Of a DNA stretch of 64,000 bases, positions 25,036 to 36,899 are shown one piece after another. Origin of the DNA: Gekko japonicus (taxonomy: Eukaryota); contig NW_015168047.1 of NCBI RefSeq assembly GCF_001447785.1, forward strand, positions 1,772,726 through 1,836,725, written 5' to 3'. Each line of letters starts with the position of its first letter. The stretch's first letter is position 1. The notes under the pieces are model-generated. The model saw only the letters and a list, made by a program, of their open reading frames with translations. It did no database searches and was not told where the DNA came from. The position numbers and the translations under genes are program-made.

Positions 25036-26005
25036 TACAAGCTGTGCATACATTGGGTCCACCTCCATAGCTGGAAACAACAACTTCCAATAATGGACTA
25101 AACATGCAAACAGCACATAGTTGCTATGCACACATTTGGGCAGGGCACGTGCTCTTGTTCTACAAATGCTTGCCTTGCTCATGGATGTGTCACGTACAGG
25201 GTTACTGCATGCTGGAATGATATATGCATATCCCTACACCTAAGTGAGCTTTGTGTTGGAAAGACATTGTCCAACATAATGTGGTATTCATCTAGAAGTC
25301 TGTTGCCTAACTATTCTGTAATATACCTGAAAGCTGTTTTCCTCTGTGGATCTTTTTTGTTGTAAGGGGTGGGGGAAGACAGAATAGTCCATGCTATTTG
25401 ATTATAACATTACAACTCCCACCCCTTGTAGAAATCACTGGGGGGGGGGTATCATCTATACCTATTGCCCGGAGCAAGAAATATCTACAGATTCTGGCTC
25501 TTCTTAAAATATGTGGAAAAAATATTTATGATGTTTCCAGCATGGCTGTTTTTAACTCATCTTTCAAGCTGGACACCTGTAAATTGGTATTGACAGGTTT
25601 GCATCGACATCCATACACCGAAGGCACTAAAAGCCACAACCTGTGGCAGCAAAATGATTGTTTCACCTAGAAAAAAAATAAGTTATTTTCTCCCAAAGAG
25701 ATGGTGATGCTGCTTTGAAGTTGCACGATACTACAGCTGTTAGTAGCAGACAGAAACTGCACCAGGACCATGCAGAAGCTGGAATGGGGTTGGTGATTAG
25801 CTTTTGCCCCCTCTCCACCCCGCCCTTTAAACCTCCGGCAGCAACCTAAGAAGGAAGCAGCATTGGGGGGGGGGGGAGTACTTGAAGGACACTTAAGAAG
25901 AAGCTCTGTCCTGGGCGATGGATGGCATTGCTCAGCAACTAGGGGTGTGTGTGTGGGGCCAACTGCAGCTTAAGAGACCAGGCAGCCTTGAGCAGCAGGT
26001 ACAAG

Positions 26006-26296
26006 TAGGGGCCCATTCGGATTCGCCCAAATTGGCCCATTCGGATTCGCCCAAATCGGGCAGAATCAATTTTGGCTGGCAGTAGGACTTCAGTAGGCAC
26101 ATAGGCACAGATTCCAGCCGAATGTCAATTTCAGTCCCATTATATCCTATGGGCCATTGAAGTCAATGGCGAAAATATAGGGTATATTCTGGGGGTTGGA
26201 GGGGAGAGGGCTTGAGGGAGAGACTCCAAACTCGCAGGGTAGCTGCTGGAGACTCTCCCCAAGATACCAACCAAGTTTCAAGAGTATTGGACCAGG
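26006..26296. mobile_element. One-ended hAT-like fragment between 8-bp direct repeats
   Basis: ggtacaag at 25998-26005 and 26297-26304; begins tagggg; internal 24-bp tandem duplication ggcccattcggattcgcccaaat. Confidence 0.55.
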
Positions 26297-26497
26297 GGTA
26301 CAAGACAAGGGCTGGAATAGGGGCTCCTCAGTTTTGTGTACGTCCTCATCACCCAGCAGTTTTGCAGAGAGAAAAATGAATAGCTCGACTCTACTACAAC
26401 CCTAAATTTCTACACACACTCTCTTTGGCTTTGACCTTTTTTTGCATTAAATTTCTTTAGAAAAATTTGTCAGCCACTATGGAGGATCAGTATTTAC

Positions 26498-26760
26498 AGA
26501 AGAGAAGAGAGATAAGATATTGGATTTATACCCCTCCCTTCACTACAGTCTCCTTGCCCTTCCCCTCCCCACAACAGACACCCTGTGAGGTAGGTGGGGC
26601 TGAGAGAGCTCTCTCAAAAACTTCCCTTGAGAGAACAGCTCTGAAAGAACTTATCACTGGCCCAAGGTCACACCAGCAGCTGCATGTGGAGGAGCGGGGA
26701 ATCAAACTCGATTCTCCCAGATTAGAGTCTGCACTCCTAACCACTATGCCAAATTGACTC
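26498..26760 (-). mobile_element. Squam3C-like SINE (gecko type)
   Basis: Minus strand tttggcatagtggttagg..tctaatctgggagaatcgagtttgattcccc; body ctcagccccacctacctcacagggtgtctgttgtgg; (CTT)n-like tail. Confidence 0.85.
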
Positions 26761-27419
26761 ACCGAAAAGTGAAATACAAATGTTGCTGATAAGTATTTGC
26801 TCTGATAAGAATTACACTATTTTCCATGTAGTTACTCAGAGCAGGCTCAGCTCTCCTCCCCCTTTGCCAGAAAGCTCGCTGGGCCTTGGAACAGCCACTG
26901 TCCCTCAGCCTAACCTCCCCGAGAGGGCTGTTGTGAACACAGAACAGGGGCCATGCACACCACCCTGAGCTCCTTGAAGGAAAGGCAGGCCATCAAGCTA
27001 ACAGGTCAATCCCTCTGTGGATTATGAGTATATGGACCAGGCGGGATGGGAAGCGCAGGTCAGCCAGCCATTCAGATTTTTAGTTTTACAAGTATGTGCT
27101 TAATGGCTAGTGCATGCAAGCCGTTTCTTGCGCTCTCAAGCAGTCTTGGCTTGCGTATATGAACATGTGAACATACGTGATATGTGGTCAGGGTAGAGAC
27201 TCAGATATGGCTGGGAGCAGTTCCTGTAGTCATGTCATGTCAAAAAACAGAAACAAAAGGAAGGCAGTTAATACTAGTAATATCCAAGATCATCAATAAC
27301 AAAAAATTACATCAGAAAATCACATGTACAGGAAAGCCAAGATCCCTCTTTGCAGAGACAAGAAATATATGGTGTGTAAACTCATACTAAATCTGAGTCA
27401 CCTTGAATAAAGGCACCTT

Positions 27420-27506
27420 GGATAAAACTTTGTTGGTCTTAAAGGTGCCACTGGGCTCAATCTTTGTCCTGCTGCTTCAGACCAACAAGACTACCCCACC
27501 TGAATC
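27420..27506 (+). mobile_element. Penelope-like terminal fragment
   Basis: tttgttggtcttaaaggtgccactggg..cagaccaaca..ctacc resembles the reverse complement of 18300-18345. Confidence 0.6.
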
Positions 27507-28045
27507 ATACTAAATCTATAGTTCAAAATTCAACTATCCTGTGGTCTCTGTGTTTGACTGTAGTCTGAGGTTCTTTGATAGCTCTCTCCATAATTTCAAA
27601 AAGCTGTACCATCTCCAAGAACCATTCTGGTTCCCCTTACTATTAAACTGTTTACAAGAGACACACTGCCTTCCAGAGGAAGGCCAGGGATTTACACCGT
27701 ACTTGACAAGTTTTCCCCTCCCTTCATAAAGAGAGGATTGAAGAACCTCTGCATTGTCTGGGCTGCTTCCACACAGAGGTTTTTCTCAGCTCTGGCATCC
27801 GCAATTCAGAGCTCTTTTTGAGAGCAGCCACATGATGTTGTGCTCTGATCATACTCCGGTCATCCTTTCCCCACACACAGGATACGCTTTTGCAGCAAAA
27901 GAGTGCAATCCAGCCATTTGATCATGCCCTTAGGATGGCATGGTCCAGGTTTTCAAGAGTCCCACTCACCATGCCATCATTTTCCATCCACCCTTCATGG
28001 CTGCCATTTTTCCCACCTGAAGGGCTTTTTCACTGTACTATAGCC

Positions 28046-28327
28046 AGAAGGAGGAAGAGATTGGATGTATACCCTGCCCTTCACTACCAGAAGGAGTCAA
28101 AGAGCATTTTATAATCTCCTTTCCCTTCCCCTCCCCACAACAGACACCCTGTGAGGTAGGTGGGGCTGAGAGAGCTCTTTTGAGGACTGCCCTTGAGAGA
28201 ACAGCTCTGAAAGAATTTAGGACTGACCCAAGGTCACACCAGCAGCTGCATGTGGAGGAGTGGGGAATCAAACCTGGTTCTCCCAGATTAGAGTCCGTGG
28301 TCCTAACCACTACACCAAACTGGCTCT
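28046..28327 (-). mobile_element. Squam3C-like SINE, full length
   Basis: Minus strand agagccagtttggtgtagtggttagg head, B box ggtttgattcc, (CTT)n-like tail. Confidence 0.88.
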
Positions 28328-28982
28328 TAGTCTTCCAGTGTTTGGGGGGGGGGGGGAGAACGAAGGGAAAATGGCAGCAGATAAAGGACAGTTTTTGCAA
28401 AGAACTCCCATGTGGAAGCTACTTCGCCAGGGCCAATACACCTGCATTTGCAGTAGGAATGAATGCAAAACTGAGAATCCTTGCTGTGTGGACGCAGCTT
28501 TGATTAGTCACCAGCATAAATGAGAAGCAGAAGGCAGGGCTTGACTGTACCAACTAACAGTAACTTAAAACAAGTTGCAAAGCAGTACCATCCTTTCTAG
28601 GTCCCAGCCATGCATACTAAGCTTCCCTTTGTTTCTGAGAGGACTGCAAAGTTGCTTGGCATCTGTTGCTCCAGGATTGGTGCCACAGAACCTGCTGTTT
28701 TGGACCCATTTTTCACACAATGTCACACATTACAATTCTAGTTGAATACCCAAGTTATTTGGCTTCTATCAGATAAAAATGCAGAGATTATACATTCAGT
28801 TGCTGCGTTCTGTGCATTGATTCTTAGATTGCAGGAATCGCATTTTAAAAGTTTTTAAATGTAGATTTTGATTCTGTATATTATCTCTTTTTCCTTCTTT
28901 CTCATATTATGTTTATATTGTATGCTGGTCTTAAGACCATAATAATAATAAACTAAACTAAACTACCCAAGTTATTTGAAGT

Positions 28983-29243
28983 TAGGGATGCCAGTCTCCA
29001 GGTGGGACCCGGGGATCCCCTGGAATTACAGCTCATCTCCATACTACCGAGATCAGTGACCTGGGAGAAAATGGCTGCTTTGGATGGTGCACTCTGTGGC
29101 CTTGTACCCCACTGAGGTCCCTGTCCTCCCCCCACACACACACACAGGCTCCATTCCCAAATCTCCAGGATTTTCCCAACCTGAATCCAGCAACCCTACC
29201 TCCCCATCCCTCGCTGGTGGCCAAGGGTAACTTGGCAGCCCTC
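28983..29243. mobile_element. hAT MITE, TAGGGTTGCC family
   Basis: tagggatgcc...ggcagccctc; perfect TSD tttgaagt. Confidence 0.88.
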
Positions 29244-30420
29244 TTTGAAGTACGTGTCTACAGCCACAAAGTGTGAAAACCACAAGGACATGAGAACACA
29301 ACCCAAATTTGCTGAAACCTACCATGTGCAGTGGTTGACAGGTTTGCACTTCATTGAGAAAGGAGAGGCTGCTACCACCTTGGCCTTCAGACTGCACCTT
29401 TTCTAAGTCTTGTCAGTAGGTGTATTTTGGTAGAGTGGTACTTTCCCCAAAAAATCAATTGCTGCATTAGAGATCATTCGGCAATTGATGAAATAAGCAT
29501 TCAAGGTATACATGATGTCAAGCAGAGACTATGTGCCAGTTGGAATTCGGTAATGATAGTAGCATCTGTGATAAGATGCCCTGATGTATTTGGCTTATGA
29601 ATTATTTACTATTTAGGACTTTAAAATGTGTACACCACTTTAGTCCTGAGTTGCAAGAGAAAAGCGGCATCAAAATATTCTAAATAAATAAACAATGTGG
29701 TTTTTAAAGGAGTTCATAATCTGCCCTAGGTTAACTTCAAGAACAACAACAGTCTGAAGGATCAAGCACCAGCTGGAACCATGTGGGGTTATTAAAAGCC
29801 CACATGAAAAAAGAACACAAGAGCAATATGTGCGTGGACAGCAAATCCCTTCTACAAGGACAGACGATGCAACAAAACTGTAGGCGCTGTCTATTTACAG
29901 AAACTTTCAGTACCTTATCAAGTAGCAGGAGTCCCATGAAAATACCATTTCTGTCTGGCACTACACTTACTTTCACTTCCTTTTAATGCTCATAGTTCCA
30001 GAAGACACACAGTCAAAGTTAGGATACCCTCTGCCTCCACCATGAGGATGCTGCCAATAATTCGACGTCCACTATAAGTTCTCCTCCTCTAAGCCATTGA
30101 ATGCCGCTTGTTTTAGCCTGCCTACAATATACAACTTTGTTGCTCTATAAAGACACACAGTTCTGATCAAAGATCTTTATAAAAAATGACTCTCCAGGGA
30201 GATATTTGGATGGCTCACATCTTATTTATTTAGGCATTTCTACCTTGCTTTTCTTATCGGTAGAGCAAGAAAATTTGTTTTCATTTGTTCTTAGGGAACA
30301 AATTCCAAAAGGGTAGCCATGTTAGATTATAAGAGTCTCTCCCTCCCTTGCTAATGTTCAAGCAGCAAAATCTCTAGGCCGGTTGGCCCAAGATGATGAT
30401 TAGGTGATTTCATAAGAACT

Positions 30421-30742
30421 TAGGGTTGCCAAGTGATTCTTCGCCAGAAGCGGGGGGCTCCCGGCCGGCGTCTGGTGTGCGCGCCGCACGCATGTCACCC
30501 GGAAGTGATGGGAGGACGCCAGGCACGCTGGGGGCAGGGCCACGGCCATACAAGGGAAAACCATAGAGTTTCCCCTTGGATGGCCGTGGCCCTGCCCCCA
30601 GCATGCCTGGCGTCCTCCCACCACTTCCGGGTGACACGCACGTCGGGGCGGAGTTTCCCCCGGGGACCAATCCGGCGGTGCCGGGGAACGGGCCTCTGGG
30701 GCAGGGGTTTTCCCGCCCCCCCGGGGGGACTTGGGATCCCTA
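30421..30742. mobile_element. CpG-rich hAT MITE with a long internal palindrome
   Basis: tagggttgccaagt/acttgggatcccta ends; perfect TSD taagaact; hairpin with ~70-bp arms at 30491-30638. Confidence 0.9.
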
Positions 30743-31070
30743 TAAGAACTCTCCATCTCTTGGACAGTAGGGCTGAAGGCTGGGAGCCAAAGGGCAAGAG
30801 CCCTTTTTCCGCTTGTACCAAAGGCTTGCATACAGGTCTCAACCAGCTAGGTTCTACAATCCCAGGCCTATCACCTCCTCATGCCTTTGGACAACCTCAG
30901 GCTTTAAAAGGTACCTGTAAACAGGATAAGAACCCTCTGGATACCAGACACCAAACAAACCCACCTCACCCAACTCCCATAAGAGTTTCCAACTCTTTCA
31001 AAAATATGTTCAGATTTTTTTAATGCATCAAATGATGAATAGAAACCAAAAGTAGTGTTTTAATTTAGCA

Positions 31071-31289
31071 TAGGGTTGCCAGCTATGGGTTGGAAAATAC
31101 CTGGAGACTTTGGGGGTGGATCCGGGAGAGGGTGGGGTTTGGGGAGGGGAGGGACCTTAGCAGGGTACAATGTCACAGAGTCCACCCTCCAAAGCAGCCA
31201 TTTTCTCCAGGGTAACTGACCTCTGTCAGGTGGTGATCAGTTGTAAAAGCAGGAGATCTCCAGGCCCCACCTGGAGGCTGGCAACCCTA
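31071..31289. mobile_element. hAT MITE, TAGGGTTGCC family
   Basis: Perfect TIR tagggttgccagc/gctggcaacccta; perfect TSD atttagca. Confidence 0.92.
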
Positions 31290-31356
31290 ATTTAGCATGG
31301 TTGATTCTGAAGTAGCATCTGATTTGCTGTCATGCAAACTATGAAGCCACAGGGAG

Positions 31357-31561
31357 CAATGTTCCCTCTAAGCTGTGGAGTCTTGTGAGCAAAAATTCTA
31401 CTTTGTGAGCTACCGGCATTAAATTGTGAGCAAGCAATTTAGCTACTGTATAAATTAGTTTGCCCCGGAGCCATCCATCCTGAGCTAAGACAAAAATGCG
31501 TGAGCCGGAGGCTAAAAAACTGTGAGCTAGCTCACACTGACTCAGCTTAGAGGGAACACTG
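31357..31561 (-). mobile_element. hAT MITE, CAGTGTTCCCTCTAAGCTG family, copy 2
   Basis: TIRs present; perfect TSD acagggag. Confidence 0.92.
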
Positions 31562-32388
31562 ACAGGGAGGCCAGGTTCACACCAAGAACCTTCTACCATT
31601 TCCCTTCTCTGTGTCCCATCTACTTTCACCCACAATTCCCTAATGTCCCATAGGCAAAAAAATCTCTGGGGCACCTTTCAAACAGGCAAAAGTAACCTCT
31701 TTCCTGGCCTCAAATAAAAGGAAATAATTTCCATTGCCCCCCGGTCTGGGACAGCCAATCTTGTTCATCAGTGAGCACAGCGACATCAGTGGTCCCCACA
31801 GCAAAGAAGTTAAGAACAGCTGACAAAAGGTGCACAGTAGAGTCAAGTACTAAATCCAAGTAATCCTGAGTTCCAAGTAAGCCATATCCACTGCTGTAAA
31901 CCAGCCTCTATAACAAGGATTTCAGAAACTATAGTTTTATATGCACTCCTTCAAGGCTGCAACACATACAAATTCACACTGCGGTCATAAAATTATCAAA
32001 CCATATTCATACAGCATCTTTTTTTCCCATAAACATTTTTCTTTATTGTTTTTGGCATTTTCCCTTCCTCATACAAGCCAAGCTAGTAAAACAAGGGTAA
32101 TTCCACCCTGAGATACTAACTTCCCCATACCGAACACAGAACATTCTGCATTTGTATGCACAACTCCAAGTCCAAATGCGGCAGATAACAAACAACCTTA
32201 TAAAACCTCCCTTCCCCCGAAGCCCTTCTAAGCAACATCTGGAGGTGTTGCAAGATATATTTTTTTTGTTTGGGTTTACTAGCTAAGGATAAGTGCAGGT
32301 TATTTTAACAATGTGTTTTAAATGGTGTGATATTGAGACTTACAAATGTTTCATAATGTTTTGCTGGTATTTTGTTTTATAAAGGTAA

Positions 32389-33046
32389 CTAGTAAGGAAA
32401 GCCCGTCGTGGCGGTAGACGACGGGCCCTAGATAGGAAGGAAGGGCGAGTGGAAGGGAGGAATGGAGAAGAGGAGGTAGAGAGAGAGAGACAGAGTTAGA
32501 GAGGGGGGAAAGAGAGAAAAGGGGGGGAGACAGAGTGGGGTTAATGGTATTATTTTGGAAAGAAAGGAAGGGAGAAAGCTAGGAAGGAAGGAAAGAAGGA
32601 AGGAAGGAAGGAAGGTAGATGGGTAGAAAGACAGAGATTGAAAGAGAGTGAATGGGAGGAAGGATAGTTGAGAAGGAAGAAGGGCAGAGAAACAGAGGGG
32701 GGAAACAGAGTGGGTGAGAGAGAGAATGTTGGGAGGAGAGAGAGAGAAATAGGAGGGGGGGAGGGGACCCGGCCTGGACTGTGGACAGGGCCCGGGGGGA
32801 AGCGGTGGACGGAGGGCTGGGCTGAAAGCGTCCCTTACCGTATGTGGGGAAGATGGCCGCTCAGAAGAGCTGGCTCCGATGACTGGCTCCCTCCCCTCCC
32901 AGCCACCCAGCCAATGGCAGGGCAGGTTGGCTGAGGGAGCCAGTCATTGGAGGCAGCTCTTCTGAGTGGCATATTTTCCGCCCATACACTAACGGGGCGC
33001 ATTTTAGAATTCTGGCACCCAAAACTCCTTTATAATAAAGGAGAGA
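32389..33046 (-). mobile_element. Non-autonomous Helitron
   Basis: Minus strand A|TCTCTCCTTTATTATAAAGG...gcccgtcgt-8nt-acgacgggc hairpin, 8 nt, CTAG|T; AT target site, no TSD. Confidence 0.85.
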
Positions 33047-33252
33047 TGTGGTATCTGTTCTGGGTGCCAAAGAAAAAGCAAGTGTGTTTCTGTGTGCATC
33101 ATCTCCCCCCTTCTAAATTCTTCCTGCAATTCTTGCCCCCAGCTCATCACCTCCTGATTAGGTTTCAGACCCAAGTTTAATTTCACAAATTTAAGACTGG
33201 AACTCTGAAGACAGTAAGAGGTTTTAATTTTCCATTGCTATTTTGTGCCAAG

Positions 33253-33874
33253 CCCTGACCTGGATGGCCCAGGCGAAACCCAATCTCATCAGATCTTGGA
33301 AGCTAAGCAGGGTCAGCCCTGGTTAGCCTTTGGATGGGAGACTGTCCAGGCTTACAACACAGAGCAGGAAACAGCAAACCACCTCTGTGCATCTCTTGCC
33401 TTGAAAACCTCATGAGGAGTCGCCAGGGCTATTTTTGGACAGGAACGCTCAGGAACGGAGTTCCGGCTGGCTCCTGAGTTGGCCATGCCCAGCAGGAACT
33501 CATTAGCATAATAGGCCACACCTAAGAGCAGACACTCATTAGGATTGGCTACATTAGGGGTGTGTGGCCTAACATGCAAAGAAGTTCCTGCTACAAAAAA
33601 AGCCCAGGGTTTTGACAACAAAGTAAACAGAATAAGAAGCAAAAGACAGGTGTGGTTGGATGACCACACTTCTGGTAACATGTGGGGTATGGCCTAATAT
33701 GCTAATGAGCTGTGCTGTCAGGGGTGTGGCCTAATATGCTAATGGGTTTCTGCTGTTGGGTGTGGCCTATTATGCTAATGAGTTCCTGCTGGGCTTTTTC
33801 TACAAAAAAAGCCCTGGGAGTCGCCATAAGTCAGCTATGACCTGACAGCACGTTCCACCCACCACCACCACCAC
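33253..33874 (+). mobile_element. Full-length 5S-headed SINE with nested hAT MITE
   Basis: 5S region cccaatctcatcagatcttggaagctaagcagggtc..tggatgggagac; RTE-type tail gtcgccataagtcag..gacctgacagcac plus (CCA)n; 13-bp TSD attttgtgccaag/attttatgccaag. Confidence 0.85.
33424..33816. mobile_element. hAT MITE (CAGGGCT TIR) with tandem octamer-like repeats
   Basis: cagggctatttt/aaaaagccctg; perfect TSD ggagtcgc; ggccta(a/t)tatgctaatg three times. Confidence 0.88.
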
Positions 33875-35450
33875 ATTTTATGCCAAGTTTGCTGTTTTTT
33901 TGGAAGGGCTTGTATGAGACTTTCTGAGATTTGCTGTTTTAACAGTCTCTTTTGGGATTTTAATTATTTACATCTGGGAGAGTTGGTTTTTTGCTATTGC
34001 ATAAACTCATTGTTGGGGACTCAGCTTCATATTTTTTGGGGGGGAATGCTGCAGTATATAAATACATAAGTAAAAACAAGTGGAGTGAGTTTCAGGAAAG
34101 CAAGGCAGCTGCTTTCCCCCTGAATTCATTAAGGGGACTCTCTCATGAGAAATGTGTCCCCCCCCTCCCCCGGGCTATCCCTTAGTTCTCAACTAAAGAT
34201 TATTTTCTTGTGAGGATACATTGGAGCGGTGTTGGATTAATGTCACACATGGCTATTATATAACATGTCACGTGGCACAGAAGAGAGGGAGAGTTAAAAA
34301 TCTAAATCAATAACAAAACTGTACTGTGGTTTACATGGAGAGGGAAAGATATGTGCAAATACCGGCATGAAAAGGCAGTCCTGCAGGAACTAAAGCAAAA
34401 GGGAATGAAAGTGTTCAGTTAGACCTTGTTTGCTCTCAGGGACCATCCTGTTCACTGTGTGATCCCCATTGTTATGTTCAGTTGCTGTCAAGGACATGAG
34501 TATATAGCAACAATTGATTGGATCATGGCATCAACATGTTCACTGTGTGATCCCTGAATGGCTGGAATGACTTTAAAGATGATAAAGAAAACTTCTAAAG
34601 CAGGCCAAGAACAGCAGCAAACTACCAAAACAGCAACAAACTGAGAAAATAAATGTCAGTGAACAGGGTCTTAAGAATGTTCATATTCTCCCAAATGAGA
34701 AAATAAATTTGGGGGGGGCATGTTTTGGCCCCCACAAAAGCATTTTTCCAACACCAAAAATGAGAGAAGGAAATATTCAGCACAGTCCTAATACATGTAC
34801 AGTCTTCCAAAATACAAGCACACAACTTATAAGCAGTTCACATTTTATTAACTAGATTGTACTGTTTGGCATCTCATATGGACTTGAAAATAACTTGTGT
34901 GTTTTAGTTTACCTTACTTAAACATCAGCCCTATAATATTTCTTCCTGCTTGCAATAGCTTTTTTATGTAAATTGAAAGTTTTTTTCAATACCAGCTTTG
35001 GCTGGAAGTTCCTTGGAAATGGCCACAACAAAACAATCCGTATTGAAATGTACATCTGGCTGCAGCCATAAATGTCCTGATATCATAATTATTAGGTTAG
35101 GGCTGCCAAAAGACTCAAAGATAAATCGCTTTTAAAATGAACAACCTAATATGGTATAGAAATTACAGTTTTACGAGTTTCTGCTGAGGTCCGTAGTGGC
35201 CCATAAAAATTCCTCCCTTTAACGTATTTGAAGGCATTTCAAAGATTGCTCTCTCATGAAAATCCCTCATTCTCAAAAGGACCACTAAGGTCTTCTACAT
35301 TCTAATATTTCTGACAGAGTGCAGAACCATTAAATACATGTAGCAAATATTTTTAGCTACTTAAATGTAGACTCGTTGGTCAGCTTTTACAATACCCCTC
35401 CCCTAAAGTGATCTCTGCCATTCTCTCAGTCTATGAATAATGTTAATCCC

Positions 35451-35738
35451 TGTTGTGGAGACATCTGGGATTTCCCATCCTTAAACAAGAAAGGTCATCT
35501 TCCTCAGTGCTAAAAGTCTGTACAGGGATCCATACGGGATTCCTCAGCGCTAAAAGTCCGTACAAAGATCAAAGACAAGACCCAAACAGGCCTCCCATCT
35601 GAGAAGTCCCACCAGGCTCTCGTTTTCAGGCTGGTGTGGCCTACCTGGCTCAATACGTTTGCTAATTTAGATATAAGACAGGAAACTGACTCAAGGTACT
35701 TGGGCTCCCAACAATGTGACCAAGGTTATTTTTGACAC
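35451..35738. mobile_element. LTR-like segment abutting the Gypsy 3' end (does not match the 5' LTR)
   Basis: tgttgtg...gacaca ends; internal duplication tcctcag(t/c)gctaaaagtc(t/c)gtaca. Confidence 0.4.
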
Positions 35739-35929
35739 AGTCTCCTGCACCACCAGCAGCCTGGTCCAGGAGAACTTCAGAGGAGCCATTGGTATCTCTG
35801 GAGCCAGCCCTGGAGCTGGGCAGCAGCAGTACAGTCCTTGGATGTGGTGATGGGTATAAGCCTCATCTCTTAGCTCCTCCCACAGTGCCACCAGCTCGGA
35901 GCAAGACAAGCCCAAGAGCATGCAAGTAT

Positions 35930-36880
35930 CTCAGTTGTAGTGATACCCTCAGGTCGCGCGAGTTGAGGCCCCTGTCCGGGTACAGTCTGTCCAAGAGGAT
36001 CGCGGGCTACTGGCCCATGAGGAGTTTTGCAGGGTAGCAGCCACTGACCGGGTTTGGGGTGGTCTGTTGCGCCAGGAGGAAGCGCGACAGATGGAATTCC
36101 CAGTCCCCTTCCATGAGCCAGTTGAGGGCTTCCTTGGCGGTGTGCACCATCTGCTCCACCTGGCAGTTGGTGGTGGGGTGAAATGGGGCAGACCTTATGT
36201 GCCAAATCAGGTTGCTGCGGAGAACTCCTGGAATTCCTCTGAGGTAGTGTCCAGCAACCCATGGGTGGCGAAGATCTTGTGGAGCGCCCGGATGGTGGCT
36301 TTGGAGGAGGTAGCGGGAACCGGGCTTATCTCCAACCATTTCGAATAAGAGTCCACCGTTACTAAAAACAGCAGCCCGTGGCATCTGGGTGGATTCCCAG
36401 GCTTGGGTGGGTGCACTCGGCGGATTGGTCCTGACGACTTGGCATGTCTGGCAGCGCTTTACCCAAGCCTCTACCTGCGCATCTATCCCTGGTCACCACA
36501 CATAGCTCCGGGCCAGGGCCTTCATCCAGACGATGCCGGGATGGGTCTCATGTAGAGCTTGCAGGACTCTGTGCCGTAGTGCGCTGGGGACAACTACCCT
36601 GTCTCCCCACAATAAACAGCCCTTGTACATGGACCACTTATCTCTGTGAGCGGCAAAGGCAGTGGACTTGGGTCCTTTTGCCGCTGCAGGACACCCTATC
36701 ACCACCCAAACCAGAACCTGGGAAAGGACGGGGTCCCTGGCTGAGCGGCGAGCAACATCCGCTGCCTGGAGGGGGGAATCGGGAAGGTCCTCTACCTGTA
36801 GAACGTGGTTGACTGAAACCAGGTCATCCTCCACGGAAGGCAGCGGCAGGCAGCTCAGGGCGTCTGCGTGGCCCATAGCC
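35930..36880 (-). pseudogene. Gypsy integrase remnant
   Basis: HHCC zinc finger LHETHPGI..ARSYVW..CQTC; VDSYSKWLE; SAPFHPTTNCQVEQMV; frameshifted. Confidence 0.88.
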
Positions 36881-36899
36881 TTGCCTGGGCAGTGCTGTA

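Noticed and set aside
30400-31023. Overlapping ORFs up to 196 aa on both strands
   Set aside because: Produced by the GC-rich palindromic MITE.
33280-33350. 5S rRNA gene
   Set aside because: Only the internal control region matches; the 5' end differs and it continues into a SINE body with a TSD.
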